Positions 1 to 9,492 of a stretch of DNA of 64,000 bases are shown here, in pieces. The notes beneath the pieces are model-generated. The model worked only from the letters and a program-made list of their open reading frames with translations. It had not been told where the DNA came from and searched no databases. Positions within the stretch are counted from its first letter, which is position 1; each line of letters opens with the position of its first letter. The stretch comes from Desulfobacteraceae bacterium. Lineage in GTDB: Bacteria; Desulfobacterota; Desulfobacteria; Desulfobacterales; ETH-SRB1. The position numbers were made by a program, and so were the translations under genes. The DNA lies in the NCBI GenBank assembly GCA_028571455.1, contig JAPVVG010000103.1, positions 4,847 to 68,846 on the forward strand, read 5' to 3'.

Positions 1-699
1 TTGATCAAAAGCAACGCTCAAGCCATCAAAAAGGATGCTGTCGCTCCCGCCCACCTGGTTTGCATATATCAGAGGAACACTGTATTTTCGGGCTATAGAG
101 CCCAGCATATCTATTTTTAACCTGTTTTTTCCAACATAAAAAGGGGAGGCGGATATATTTATGATAAGATCGGCTCCATCCTTTATCAGCAAGGACACAG
201 GATCTAAGTGATATATTCTCTTTTTTATTATATCCCTGTCATTCCAGATATCCTCACAAATAGTAAGCCCGATTCTGCGGCCTTTGTATGTATATGATTC
301 GCATGATAAGCCGGGTTCAAAATACCTGCCGTCATCAAACACGTCATAATTTGGAAGAAGCCTTTTTTTAACCTGATGCAGCAAAACGCTGTTTTCAAAT
401 AAAGCTGCCGAGTTGTAAAGCGCCTTTCCTTCCTTATCAGGATTTTTATCAACAAATCCGCATATTACTCCGATCCCATATATCGAATTTATAAGTTTAT
501 CTAAACATTTAAGATTTGCTTCAACAAAATCCTTTTTTTCAAGAAGATCACGCGGCGGATATCCTGTGACAACAAGTTCAGGAAAAACAATTAGATCGCA
601 TGAAAGCTGTTTTGCCTTTTCTGCAAAATTCATAATTTTGTTAAAATTATGATTAAAGTCGCCGATTATCGGATTTATCTGAGCAATAGCTATTTTCAT
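1..699 (-). CDS. nadE: Glutamine-dependent NAD+ synthase, N-terminal carbon-nitrogen hydrolase domain (partial; gene continues beyond window start)
   Basis: Own minus-strand translation from ATG at 699: MKIAIAQINPIIGDFNHNFNKI...FPELVVTGYPPRDLL...GLTICEDIWN. The frame stays open to position 1. It is absent from the ORF track because there is no stop in the window. Confidence 0.75.
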   Translation of the reverse strand, partial: MKIAIAQINPIIGDFNHNFNKIMNFAEKAKQLSCDLIVFPELVVTGYPPRDLLEKKDFVEANLKCLDKLINSIYGIGVICGFVDKNPDKEGKALYNSAALFENSVLLHQVKKRLLPNYDVFDDGRYFEPGLSCESYTYKGRRIGLTICEDIWNDRDIIKKRIYHLDPVSLLIKDGADLIINISASPFYVGKNRLKIDMLGSIARKYSVPLIYANQVGGSDSILFDGLSVAFDQ

Positions 700-827
700 G
701 ACCGTAAAATAATTTCAAGTTGTGCGGTTAGGCTATGGAATCTATCCGCACAGGTCGAATAATTTCACACATTTAATTAAAAACTACTATACCCTGTTGC
801 ATGTTGTCAACTCGACAAAAAACTGTG

Positions 828-1769
828 TCATGTTGCGGCAAGAAATTTTTTTATCAGCCGGATAATATCTTCCAATTGCTCGGGCTTTATCCATGCAATC
901 TGTAAATCAGCCTTAAACCAGGTCATTTGACGTTTTGCATATCTTCTTGTATCCCGCTTAAGGGTCGATAAGGCCTCATCCCATAAAACACGACCCTTTA
1001 TATAATCAACCGCGTGTCGATAACCGATCGACTGCATAGACTTGAGGCTTTCCGAATAGCCCCTGTCAAGAAGCCCCTTAACCTCATCTACAAGCCCTGC
1101 GTCAATCATTGCGTCAACTCTGGAGTTAATGCGATCATACAGGATTTCTCTGTTCATATCCAAACCAATGGTAAAAACTTTAAACGGCTCATCTGTAAAC
1201 CTGTGCTCTTCATGGTATTTCGATATGCTCTTTCCTGTTATCTCATATATCTCAAGAGCCCTTATTATCCTGTATGTATCATTAGGGTGTATATTTTCGG
1301 CTGATAGCGGATCACATTTGCTTAGCCGTGTGTGGAGAAAGGCTGCGCCATGAACTGCTGCCTCCCCTTTCAGGCGCTCACGAATATTTACATCCCCGCC
1401 TTTGGCGGGGCCTATAAACAGGCCATATAATAGCGCCTTGATATAAAATCCCGTGCCTCCCACAACAAATGAAACTACATCCTTCCTATCCAATTTCATG
1501 ACAGTTTCACGCGCCATCTTTGCATACATGGCGGCATCAAAGGATTCATCAGGATAAACAATATCGATCATATGGTGTTTGACACGGGCCTGTTCATCAG
1601 GCGTCGGCTTTGCCGTGCCGATATCCATATATTTGTATATCTGCATTGAATCTGCATTTATAATCTCGCCCTTAAATTCTCCGGCGATTTCAATGGCCGC
1701 AGATGTCTTGCCGGCCCCGGTCGGGCCGCAAATTACAATCACCCTGGGTTTTGGCCTGTCAGAGTTCAC
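828..1769 (-). CDS. miaA: tRNA dimethylallyltransferase
   Basis: 313-aa ORF with P-loop ICGPTGAGKTS. Length and overall similarity fit MiaA. Confidence 0.9.
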   Translation of the reverse strand: MNSDRPKPRVIVICGPTGAGKTSAAIEIAGEFKGEIINADSMQIYKYMDIGTAKPTPDEQARVKHHMIDIVYPDESFDAAMYAKMARETVMKLDRKDVVSFVVGGTGFYIKALLYGLFIGPAKGGDVNIRERLKGEAAVHGAAFLHTRLSKCDPLSAENIHPNDTYRIIRALEIYEITGKSISKYHEEHRFTDEPFKVFTIGLDMNREILYDRINSRVDAMIDAGLVDEVKGLLDRGYSESLKSMQSIGYRHAVDYIKGRVLWDEALSTLKRDTRRYAKRQMTWFKADLQIAWIKPEQLEDIIRLIKKFLAAT

Positions 1770-1795
1770 AGCAAACCTTTTTTAGGAGACCTTTG

Positions 1796-2045
1796 AAAAA
1801 CGCCCCATTTCTGTCATTCCCGCGAAGGCGGGAATCCATAACGAGTTGAAAAGGCATCGATATAATCAAAACAAAAAAACTGATTGGTCTAAGGATGATG
1901 GCCTCGTAAAAAGTCATACACTAAGTCATTGCGAGGAGTGCAACGACAAAGCAATCTAATAAATACAGGCAGTTATCTTGCAGGAGATTGCTTCGCTTCG
2001 CTCGCAATGACAAGCTCTTCGACTTTTTACGAATTCATCAAGGAT
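1796..2045. repeat. Composite interspersed palindromic repeats (ATTCCCGCGAAGGCGGGAAT hairpin; CATTGCGAGG...CTCGCAATGAC inverted pair; GACTTTTTACGAATTCATCAA)
   Basis: 20-bp palindrome at 1816-1835. Related copies at 14769-14788 and 14812-14831. The 2020-2040 motif recurs as its reverse complement at 14737-14757. Confidence 0.8.
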
Positions 2046-2097
2046 GAATCAAAATTCGAAAATCGCAAAAGGCAAGGTTTGCAAGATGCGCCAAGGA

Positions 2098-3105
2098 TCA
2101 TGGCAGCCAGAGATACATGAACTGAACTCCAGGAGGAGTTGTCAGACCTTCACCGTTGATTGCAATTAGATTGACTGTATTCTGGTGGGATTTTGGCAGT
2201 GCGGAATAGATGCTTCCCTTATAAGTTCCAGGTCTGTAATAGGTAATTATAGAGGCTTTTTCAATTCCCAGAGATTCTTTTGTTATCTTTACGGCGTCAT
2301 CCAAGTAACCCACCCTGTCAATCAGTTTTGCCTCCAGCGCCTGATCTGCGGTGAATATCCTGCCATCTGCCAGCTTTTCAACATCCTTTCTTGTCAAAGG
2401 CTTTCGTCCTTTTGTAACGATACTTACAAATCTTTTGTGGAAATTATCGATAATTGCCTGCATGATCTTCCGCTCTTCCGGGGTACTGGGCCTAAATGGC
2501 GACCAGATATCCTTTTTATCAGCCGATTTGATAGTTTCCTGTTCAATCCCTATGCGTGACAAAAGACCTTCCAGATTAAACTTCAGCGCAATGACACCGA
2601 TGCTTCCGGTAATCGTTGTGGGATGGGCAATAATTTCATCTGCAACAGTAGCTACTAAATATCCCCCTGAGGCGCCCACATCCATTAAACATGCTGTTAT
2701 TCTTACACCGGTTTTTTTCTTGAACAGCATCAATTCATGATGAATTATGTCGCTGGCGGTGACCGTACCGCCGGGAGAATTGATCCGCAGGATGAGACCG
2801 CAGATCGCGTCATCTGACTCGGCCTTTTTCAGAACCTCTTTAATATTGGCGACTATGGATGCCTGCTCACGGAGCCCCATTATGCTGCCCTTTTTCTCAG
2901 AAATGATTCCTGAAATATCAAGGAGGAGAATCTTCCTGTTTCCCTCTCCCTCCAAAACACGTTCCTTGAGCGACTGTGTTGGAGCAAATAGAGGCACATT
3001 GATTATGGCGCAGCCGCTCAGGAAGATAGCGACAAGAACAAAAAGAATTAATGTCCGGAAATATTTATATTTCAATGCTGGCATAACTAATGATTTCAGA
3101 TACAT
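2098..3105 (-). CDS. sppA: Signal peptide peptidase SppA (36K type, S49 family)
   Basis: 335-aa ORF with an N-terminal TM helix and S49 motifs INSPGGTVTASD and GASGGY. Confidence 0.85.
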   Translation of the reverse strand: MYLKSLVMPALKYKYFRTLILFVLVAIFLSGCAIINVPLFAPTQSLKERVLEGEGNRKILLLDISGIISEKKGSIMGLREQASIVANIKEVLKKAESDDAICGLILRINSPGGTVTASDIIHHELMLFKKKTGVRITACLMDVGASGGYLVATVADEIIAHPTTITGSIGVIALKFNLEGLLSRIGIEQETIKSADKKDIWSPFRPSTPEERKIMQAIIDNFHKRFVSIVTKGRKPLTRKDVEKLADGRIFTADQALEAKLIDRVGYLDDAVKITKESLGIEKASIITYYRPGTYKGSIYSALPKSHQNTVNLIAINGEGLTTPPGVQFMYLWLP

Positions 3106-3247
3106 TATTTATATTACATTGTCAATCAGAGCTATTGGGAAAACATTTTCTCTTGACAAAATTTTATGCTATGTACTTTATAAAATTTGTCGTAAGCGCA
3201 AGACAAGGGTCTTGCTTTTTTTATGCGACCAACAGGAGTCTTTTTGT

Positions 3248-4984
3248 ATGGTCTTTAATGTTTTGCTTTATACATCCCTGTTTGTCTTCATTTCCGGGCT
3301 TATCTACAAGATCTCCACCTGGTTCTCCTGGAAAATCGGTTTTTCATCCAGAGGTATCAGCAAGTCCGAAAGGCTGATTGCAGCTTTTAAAGGCATGATT
3401 AGGGTTATTTTCAGCGCAAAAATCCTTATCCTGTTTAAGGTATTTATCCTTGATGTAATGTGTCAAAAAAGGATTCTCAAAGAGGATTTTCTCAGATGGG
3501 CCATGCATATGCTCATATACACAGGTTTTGTGTTATTACTGCTCATGCATGCGCTTGACAAGCATATAACCAGCTTCCTGTTTAGCGAATATTACTCCAC
3601 GTTAAATCCATTTCTCTTTTTGAGAAATTTTTTCGGCATGATGGTAATTGCAGGGCTGGCAATCGCCATATACCGGCGCTTTATCCTGAAAGTGCCTCGT
3701 CTGAAAACAAACAGCATGGATTATTATGCTATAATCATTCTTGCCGTCATTATGATTTCCGGTTTTTTTCTTGAAGCAACAAAAATCACCTCTTTTTCTG
3801 ATTTTGAGAGAATGGTGGAGGAATTCTCAGATGTGGATGAAAAGGAAGATGTCAGGGCGCTTGAAAGTCTGTGGGTTCATGAGTTTGGAACTGTTTCCCC
3901 AGATCTTAAAGAACCCTTTGAGCTAAAACTGCTTGAACATGGCCGTGAAATACACGAAGCAAATTGTGCAACGTGCCATTCCTCTGCTAAATATGCTTTT
4001 GCAGGATATGCGGTTGCCAAAATCATAAATCCGATTGCTTTATTACTGGACCGGGCAGGCAGTTCTAACATATTATGGTATATTCATTTTATTGCCTGTT
4101 TTTTCGGGCTGGCCTATCTTCCATTCAGCAAGATGTTTCATATAATCGCCGGGCCGATAAGTTTATTGGCTAATGCTGTTATGGAAAAGGAGAGGTCACA
4201 TCCTGCAAACATTGCAACAAGACAGGTGATGGAGCTGGATGCATGCACCCATTGCGGAACCTGCAGCCTTAGATGCTCCAGTGCCGTGGCATTTGACGCT
4301 TTGGACAATGAAAATATTCTGCCATCAGAAAAGATGGTTTCTCTAAAGAGCTTAATTGCCGGGAAAAAGCTGAGTTCTAAAGACTTAAAAGCCGTCCAGG
4401 AGGGGATTTACCTTTGCACGAATTGTGATCGATGCACCGTGGTTTGTCCTGTAGGGATCAATCTTAAGGAATTATGGCTTAACGTGCGAGAGGATTTAAT
4501 CCAAAAAGGATATCCTGAGCCGCTGCTCCTTTCCCCTTTTTCTTTTGTCAGAGGCTTAAACCGTTATGATATTCCGGCTGATGAGTACTATAAACCTGTT
4601 GAGGCCGCAAAACAGGCGGTGGCAGGAAGATTTGACTCCTTGATTAAGCAAAGCCCTCTAATTCTCAAAGGCGGGGGTATAGAGGAATTTAATCAACTAT
4701 CCGGAGACAATACATTTTCATATTGCTTTAGCTGTAATAACTGCACCAGCGTATGCCCGGTTGTAAGCAGCTTCGACAACCCAGAAGAGGCGCTGGGGCT
4801 GTTGCCGCATCAAATTATGCGCTGTCTCGGCCTTGGCCTTATTGAAATGGCATCAGGCGCAAGTATGATCTGGGATTGTTTGACCTGTTATCAATGTCAG
4901 GAACACTGTCCACAGAACGTAAATGTCACCGATCTGTTCTTTGGATTAAAAAATCTTGCAATCAAAAATGTGAAAAAAGCATGA
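3248..4984 (+). CDS. Membrane-anchored Fe-S oxidoreductase: NarI/DsrM/HdrE-like multi-TM domain fused to an HdrC-like ferredoxin region
   Basis: ATG at 3248 (MVFNVLLYTSLF...) is chosen because the upstream part of the track ORF is antisense to sppA. About 5-6 hydrophobic helices carry conserved His (WAMHMLIYTGFVLLLLMHALDKH; WYIHFIACFF...KMFH). Four Cys motifs follow: CTHCGTCSLRCS, CTNCDRCTVVCP, CFSCNNCTSVCP, CLTCYQCQEHCP. Confidence 0.7.
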   Translation: MVFNVLLYTSLFVFISGLIYKISTWFSWKIGFSSRGISKSERLIAAFKGMIRVIFSAKILILFKVFILDVMCQKRILKEDFLRWAMHMLIYTGFVLLLLMHALDKHITSFLFSEYYSTLNPFLFLRNFFGMMVIAGLAIAIYRRFILKVPRLKTNSMDYYAIIILAVIMISGFFLEATKITSFSDFERMVEEFSDVDEKEDVRALESLWVHEFGTVSPDLKEPFELKLLEHGREIHEANCATCHSSAKYAFAGYAVAKIINPIALLLDRAGSSNILWYIHFIACFFGLAYLPFSKMFHIIAGPISLLANAVMEKERSHPANIATRQVMELDACTHCGTCSLRCSSAVAFDALDNENILPSEKMVSLKSLIAGKKLSSKDLKAVQEGIYLCTNCDRCTVVCPVGINLKELWLNVREDLIQKGYPEPLLLSPFSFVRGLNRYDIPADEYYKPVEAAKQAVAGRFDSLIKQSPLILKGGGIEEFNQLSGDNTFSYCFSCNNCTSVCPVVSSFDNPEEALGLLPHQIMRCLGLGLIEMASGASMIWDCLTCYQCQEHCPQNVNVTDLFFGLKNLAIKNVKKA

Positions 4985-4997
4985 TGGGAGTCGTTGA

Positions 4998-6005
4998 GTG
5001 ATTAAATACGCATTATTTTTGGGCTGCAATATACCGGCAAGGGTAAGCCAGTATGAAGATTCTTCCAGGGCGATTCTAAAGAATTTAGGCGTGGAGTTGA
5101 TTGAAATCCGCGACTTTAGCTGCTGTGGTTATCCGCTGAGAAATATTGACCAAAAAGCATATATTCTGTCTTCAGCCAAAAACCTCGCATTAGCGGAAAA
5201 GAAAGGTCTAAGCATACTGACTCTGTGTAAATGCTGCTTTGGAAGTCTGAAAAAGGCTGAATATCTCCTTAAAGAAGATTCAGACCTGCGACAGGATATA
5301 AACCAGGCGCTCGCTGGTAACGGCTTAAAATATGAAGGCAACATCACTGTAAAACATCTACTTTCCGTCCTTTATCATGATGTGGGCATTAACGCCATAA
5401 AAGGTAGTTTGTCAGGATCATATAAAGACTTAAGGATTGCTACCCATTATGGATGCCACGCCCTGCGTCCCAGCAGAATCACCCGGTTTGACGATCCAGT
5501 TGCCCCTACAATATTTGATGAACTGGTGGAAATAACCGGAGCCGTATCTGTTGACTGGCCCAAAAAACTGGAATGCTGTGGAGCGCCTTTAACAGGAATA
5601 AATGATGATATCTCGATTGGTTTGACAAAAAAGAAAGTGTCAGATGCTAAAAAATCGGGCGCCGACTATCTATGCACAGCCTGTCCATTCTGTCATCTGC
5701 AATTTGATTTTCTTCAAAAGAGGATTATCTCCAATAACGGGAATGGCGAACATCTTGCCCCTATTCTTTATCCCCAGCTTCTTGGGCTGTGTATGGGTAT
5801 CGACAAAGAAACTCTTGGGATCGGTATGAATCTTAATGGATTGATGGTTGAAAAAATAGACCCGCCTGCCTCGCCTGAGCAAGGCAACAAAAAGACGAAG
5901 AGCATTGAGTATGGCTCGCGATGGCGGGCAGGGCGAAGCGATTCCAACAATCATAAATCAACAATCATAAATCAACAATCCAAAAAATTATTACACGGGA
6001 AGTAA
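4998..6005 (+). CDS. hdrB: Heterodisulfide reductase subunit B-like protein (two CCG domains)
   Basis: GTG start preceded by GGGAG. CCG motifs FSCCGYPL and LECCGAPL, plus CPFCH. The C-terminal ~45 aa are encoded by a low-complexity or repeat tract (5858-6005). Confidence 0.75.
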   Translation: MIKYALFLGCNIPARVSQYEDSSRAILKNLGVELIEIRDFSCCGYPLRNIDQKAYILSSAKNLALAEKKGLSILTLCKCCFGSLKKAEYLLKEDSDLRQDINQALAGNGLKYEGNITVKHLLSVLYHDVGINAIKGSLSGSYKDLRIATHYGCHALRPSRITRFDDPVAPTIFDELVEITGAVSVDWPKKLECCGAPLTGINDDISIGLTKKKVSDAKKSGADYLCTACPFCHLQFDFLQKRIISNNGNGEHLAPILYPQLLGLCMGIDKETLGIGMNLNGLMVEKIDPPASPEQGNKKTKSIEYGSRWRAGRSDSNNHKSTIINQQSKKLLHGK

Positions 6006-6007
6006 AA

Positions 6008-9000
6008 ATGCCGAAGGATAAAACAGGCTCGGTAATGGTGGTTGGCGGCGGAGTCAGCGGAATGCAGGCTGCATTGGATCTGGCTGATTCCGGGTATTAT
6101 GTCTACCTTGTAGAAAGGTCCAGCTCAATCGGCGGGATGATGTCGCAACTGGATAAGACCTTTCCCACCAATGACTGTGCCATGTGTATTATGTCCCCTA
6201 AGCTGGTAGAAGTCGGCCGGCACATTAATATAGAGTTGCTAACCCTTTCTGAGGTGAACGGCATTTCCGGCGAGGAGGGGGATTTTGAGGTCAGTGTGAC
6301 ACAACATCCACGTTATGTGGATACTGATAAGTGCATTGCGTGCGGCCTGTGTGCCGAGAAATGTCCCAAAAAAGTGCTTAATGAGTATGATGGCGGGCTG
6401 AGTAGGCGTAAGGCAATTTATGTGAAATATCCTCAGGCTGTTCCTTTAAAATATTCTATTGATGCAAAAAATTGTATCTACTTTAAAAAGGGAAAATGCA
6501 GAATATGCGAAAAATTCTGCCCCAAAGGGGCTATCAATTTTGACGATCAAAAAAAGGAATTAACCCTGAAAGTAGGGGCTGTTGTCTTAGCCTTGGGGAG
6601 CAAGGTCTTTGATCCGAGCGTCCATGATACTTACGGCTACAAGAAATATCCCGATATTGTGACCAGCCTGGAATTTGAGAGGATCCTTTCTGCTTCCGGT
6701 CCTTATGGCGGACACCTAATTCGGCCATCAGATAAAAAAGAGCCTGAAAAGATTGCCTGGCTTCAATGCATAGGGTCCAGAGATGAGCGCCCTGGCGCCA
6801 GAGGATACTGCTCTGCTGTCTGCTGCACCTACGCAATTAAGGAAGCCATGTTGGCCAAGGAACACAGCAAAGGGGAGCTTGATACAGCCATTTTTTATAT
6901 TGATATCCGTACTCACGGGAAAGACTTTGAGAGATATTTTAACCGCGCAAAGGATGAATCAGGGATCCGTTTTATCAAATCGAAAATTACCAGCATTCCC
7001 CTGGTTAATGAAACAGGAAAGCATCTTATCCGCTATATAGACGAGGCCGGCAAGAGAGTCGAAGAAGAATTTGACATAGTGGTACTGTCCGTAGGCCTGG
7101 GCATAACCAAGAAAAGTGCGGATCTGGCTCAAAAATTGGGTATCGAACTTAATCGCTATAATTTTGCAGCCACCACCAGCTTTGAACCTGTCGTCAGTTC
7201 CAGGCCGGGCATCTATGTTTGCGGCGCTTTTCAGGCTCCCAAGGATATTCCGTCGTCGGTTATAGATGCCAGCGCTGCCGCAGGCGCTGTGGGGAGCAAA
7301 TTAGCCGAATCTCGGTGGACCCTCACAAAAACAAAACATATCCCTGAGGAAATTGATATACGCGGGGAACCCACTCGGATCGGCGTTTTTGTCTGCCGTT
7401 GCGGCACAAATATTGCCAGCACTGTTGATGTTCCTCTTCTGGTTGAGTTTGCGCAAAGCCTGCCCGGTGTTGTTTATGCGGAGGAAAACATGTTCAGTTG
7501 CTCCCAGGACACCCAGGATAAAATAACCAGGGTTGTTAAAGAGCAACGATTGAATCGGATGGTTGTCGCGGCTTGCACCCCTAAGACGCATGAACCGCTT
7601 TTTCAGGAGACTTTAATCAACGCGGGTATCAATAAGTATCTTTTCGAGATGGCCAATATCCGCAACCTGTGCTCCTGGGTACATAAGGACAATCCCGAAC
7701 AAGCCACGCAAAAAGCCAAAGATCTCATTAGAATGGCCGCAGCAAAGGTGGCCCTCTTTGAACCACTGACCGAACCTGTTATGCAGATTAATCAAAAGGC
7801 CCTTGTTATTGGGGGAGGCGTCGCGGGTATGGTGGCAGCCAAGAACCTGGCAGAGCAGAGCTACGTAACATACCTGATTGAAAAGACCGATATCCTTGGT
7901 GGACAGGCACGGCATCTCCACGAAACCTGGCAAGGTGAGGACATTCAACAATATTTAGCCGGCCTGATAGAGGAGGTACGGTCCGACAAAAACATAGAAA
8001 TATTCCTGAATTCCCAGATCGAACATGTGGACGGTTTTGGAGGGGATTTCAAAACAACGATCCAGCACAATGGCGAGAGCAAAGTCCTGGAACACGGGGT
8101 GACGATTATTGCATCCGGCGCCTCGGAGCTTGTGCCCAATCAGTATCTTTACGGCAAAGACCCTCGTGTTGTAACCGGTTTGGAATTTCAGCAAAGTCTG
8201 ATTGATAATGATCCCTCGTTAGGACAGCTCAATACGGCTGTGTTTGTACAATGTGTTGGTTCGCGTATCCCGCAGCGGCCTTACTGCTCTAAGGTCTGCT
8301 GCACACAGTCGATTAAAAGCGCCGTAAAGCTCAAAGAGATCAATCCCAAAATGAACATCTTTGTGCTTTACAGGGATATGCGACCCTATGGCCTGCGAGA
8401 GGATCTTTATCGAGAAGCGCGCTCTGCCGGAATTAACTTTGTCCGCTATGATTTTGACAAGGAGTTAACAGTAGCAGCCGAACAGGGGAATTTACAGGTT
8501 GCTTTCATTGATTGCGTGCTCAGGCGGAAAATGGAGATCCGGCCCGACCTTTTGATTCTGGCCTCTGCTATTGTCCCGGAAAAAAAGAATCCATTAGCGC
8601 AGTTCTATAAAGTGCCGCAGAATGATGACGGTTTTTTTGTAGAAGCGCATGTCAAACTCCGGCCTGTTGATTTTGCCACAGACGGCGTGTTCGTGTGTGG
8701 GCTTGCCCATGCCCCGAAAACGATAGATGAATCCATAACACAGGCTCAGGCCGCAGCAGCAAGAGCCGTGACGCTTCTGTCCGCGATGAGCATCTCGGTG
8801 AGCGGCACAACAGCTTATGTCAATCCAAACTTTTGCAGCAGTTGCGGCGTTTGTGTATCAATATGCCCATATTCTGCTGCCATGTTTAATGAAAAAAGCG
8901 GTAAAGCTGAAATTGAGCCGACATTGTGTAAAGGGTGTGGTCTTTGCGCTGCATCCTGCAGATCAGGGGCTATTAATCTTAATGGATTTGATAATGATCA

Positions 9001-9043
9001 GATCTTTGCACAGATCTTTGCGATGAATGAGACGGTTTTTTAA
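6008..9043 (+). CDS. hdrA: HdrA-like flavoprotein, tandem-duplicated (two FAD/TrxR-like modules plus ferredoxin domains)
   Basis: 1011 aa. Two GxGxxG sites (VVGGGVSGMQAAL; VIGGGVAGMVAA), two HdrA-type CSxVCC motifs (YCSAVCCTY; YCSKVCCTQ) and several CX2CX2CX3CP motifs. Confidence 0.8.
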   Translation: MPKDKTGSVMVVGGGVSGMQAALDLADSGYYVYLVERSSSIGGMMSQLDKTFPTNDCAMCIMSPKLVEVGRHINIELLTLSEVNGISGEEGDFEVSVTQHPRYVDTDKCIACGLCAEKCPKKVLNEYDGGLSRRKAIYVKYPQAVPLKYSIDAKNCIYFKKGKCRICEKFCPKGAINFDDQKKELTLKVGAVVLALGSKVFDPSVHDTYGYKKYPDIVTSLEFERILSASGPYGGHLIRPSDKKEPEKIAWLQCIGSRDERPGARGYCSAVCCTYAIKEAMLAKEHSKGELDTAIFYIDIRTHGKDFERYFNRAKDESGIRFIKSKITSIPLVNETGKHLIRYIDEAGKRVEEEFDIVVLSVGLGITKKSADLAQKLGIELNRYNFAATTSFEPVVSSRPGIYVCGAFQAPKDIPSSVIDASAAAGAVGSKLAESRWTLTKTKHIPEEIDIRGEPTRIGVFVCRCGTNIASTVDVPLLVEFAQSLPGVVYAEENMFSCSQDTQDKITRVVKEQRLNRMVVAACTPKTHEPLFQETLINAGINKYLFEMANIRNLCSWVHKDNPEQATQKAKDLIRMAAAKVALFEPLTEPVMQINQKALVIGGGVAGMVAAKNLAEQSYVTYLIEKTDILGGQARHLHETWQGEDIQQYLAGLIEEVRSDKNIEIFLNSQIEHVDGFGGDFKTTIQHNGESKVLEHGVTIIASGASELVPNQYLYGKDPRVVTGLEFQQSLIDNDPSLGQLNTAVFVQCVGSRIPQRPYCSKVCCTQSIKSAVKLKEINPKMNIFVLYRDMRPYGLREDLYREARSAGINFVRYDFDKELTVAAEQGNLQVAFIDCVLRRKMEIRPDLLILASAIVPEKKNPLAQFYKVPQNDDGFFVEAHVKLRPVDFATDGVFVCGLAHAPKTIDESITQAQAAAARAVTLLSAMSISVSGTTAYVNPNFCSSCGVCVSICPYSAAMFNEKSGKAEIEPTLCKGCGLCAASCRSGAINLNGFDNDQIFAQIFAMNETVF

Positions 9044-9056
9044 GGAGATTTCAGTA

Positions 9057-9491
9057 ATGTCTGATTGGGAACCAAAAATTGTAGCTTTTTTATGTAACTG
9101 GTGCAGCTATGAAGCCGCTGACCTTGCAGGTATCAGCCGTCTGCAGTATCCGCCCAATATCAGGGTCATCAGGATTCCTTGTACCGGTCGGATGAGCCCC
9201 AAGTTTATTCTGGCTGCTTTTGGAAAGGGTGCGGACGGAGTTTGGGTATCCGGGTGCCATCCTGGAGACTGCCATTACATAGTAGGTAATTACTATGCCC
9301 GTCGAAAGTTTTCACTCTTTAAAGACCTTATAGAATACATGGGCATCGAACCTGGCCGCCTTCATTTTTCATGGATATCCGCGGCAGAAGGGACAAGGTT
9401 CGCTGAAGTTGCAATCAAGGTAATCAAGACGGTAAAGGACTTAGGACCTTCGAAATATTTCATCAAGAAAATAAATGATAGGGTAGCTTAA
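9057..9491 (+). CDS. MvhD/FlxD-like protein (methyl-viologen-reducing hydrogenase delta subunit family)
   Basis: ATG at 9057 follows AAGGAG. Sequence MSDWEPKIVAFLCNWCSY...RIPCTGR...GCHPGDCHY is typical of MvhD. Confidence 0.85.
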   Translation: MSDWEPKIVAFLCNWCSYEAADLAGISRLQYPPNIRVIRIPCTGRMSPKFILAAFGKGADGVWVSGCHPGDCHYIVGNYYARRKFSLFKDLIEYMGIEPGRLHFSWISAAEGTRFAEVAIKVIKTVKDLGPSKYFIKKINDRVA

Positions 9492-9492
9492 C

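Noticed and set aside
228-455. 75-aa minus-strand track ORF inside the first 700 bp
   Set aside because: It is in a different frame from the clearly NadE-like reading frame that spans 1-699.
2747-3247. N-terminal 167 codons of the 745-aa track ORF
   Set aside because: This part lies antisense to sppA, is not protein-like, and precedes a plausible ATG (3248) that opens directly into the first TM helix. It is treated as a spurious extension.
5947-5977. Tandem 14-bp repeat ACAATCATAAATCA x2.4 at the hdrB-like/hdrA junction
   Set aside because: It is real, but it is a minor microsatellite-like duplication within a low-complexity tail. No evidence of function beyond slightly extending the ORF.
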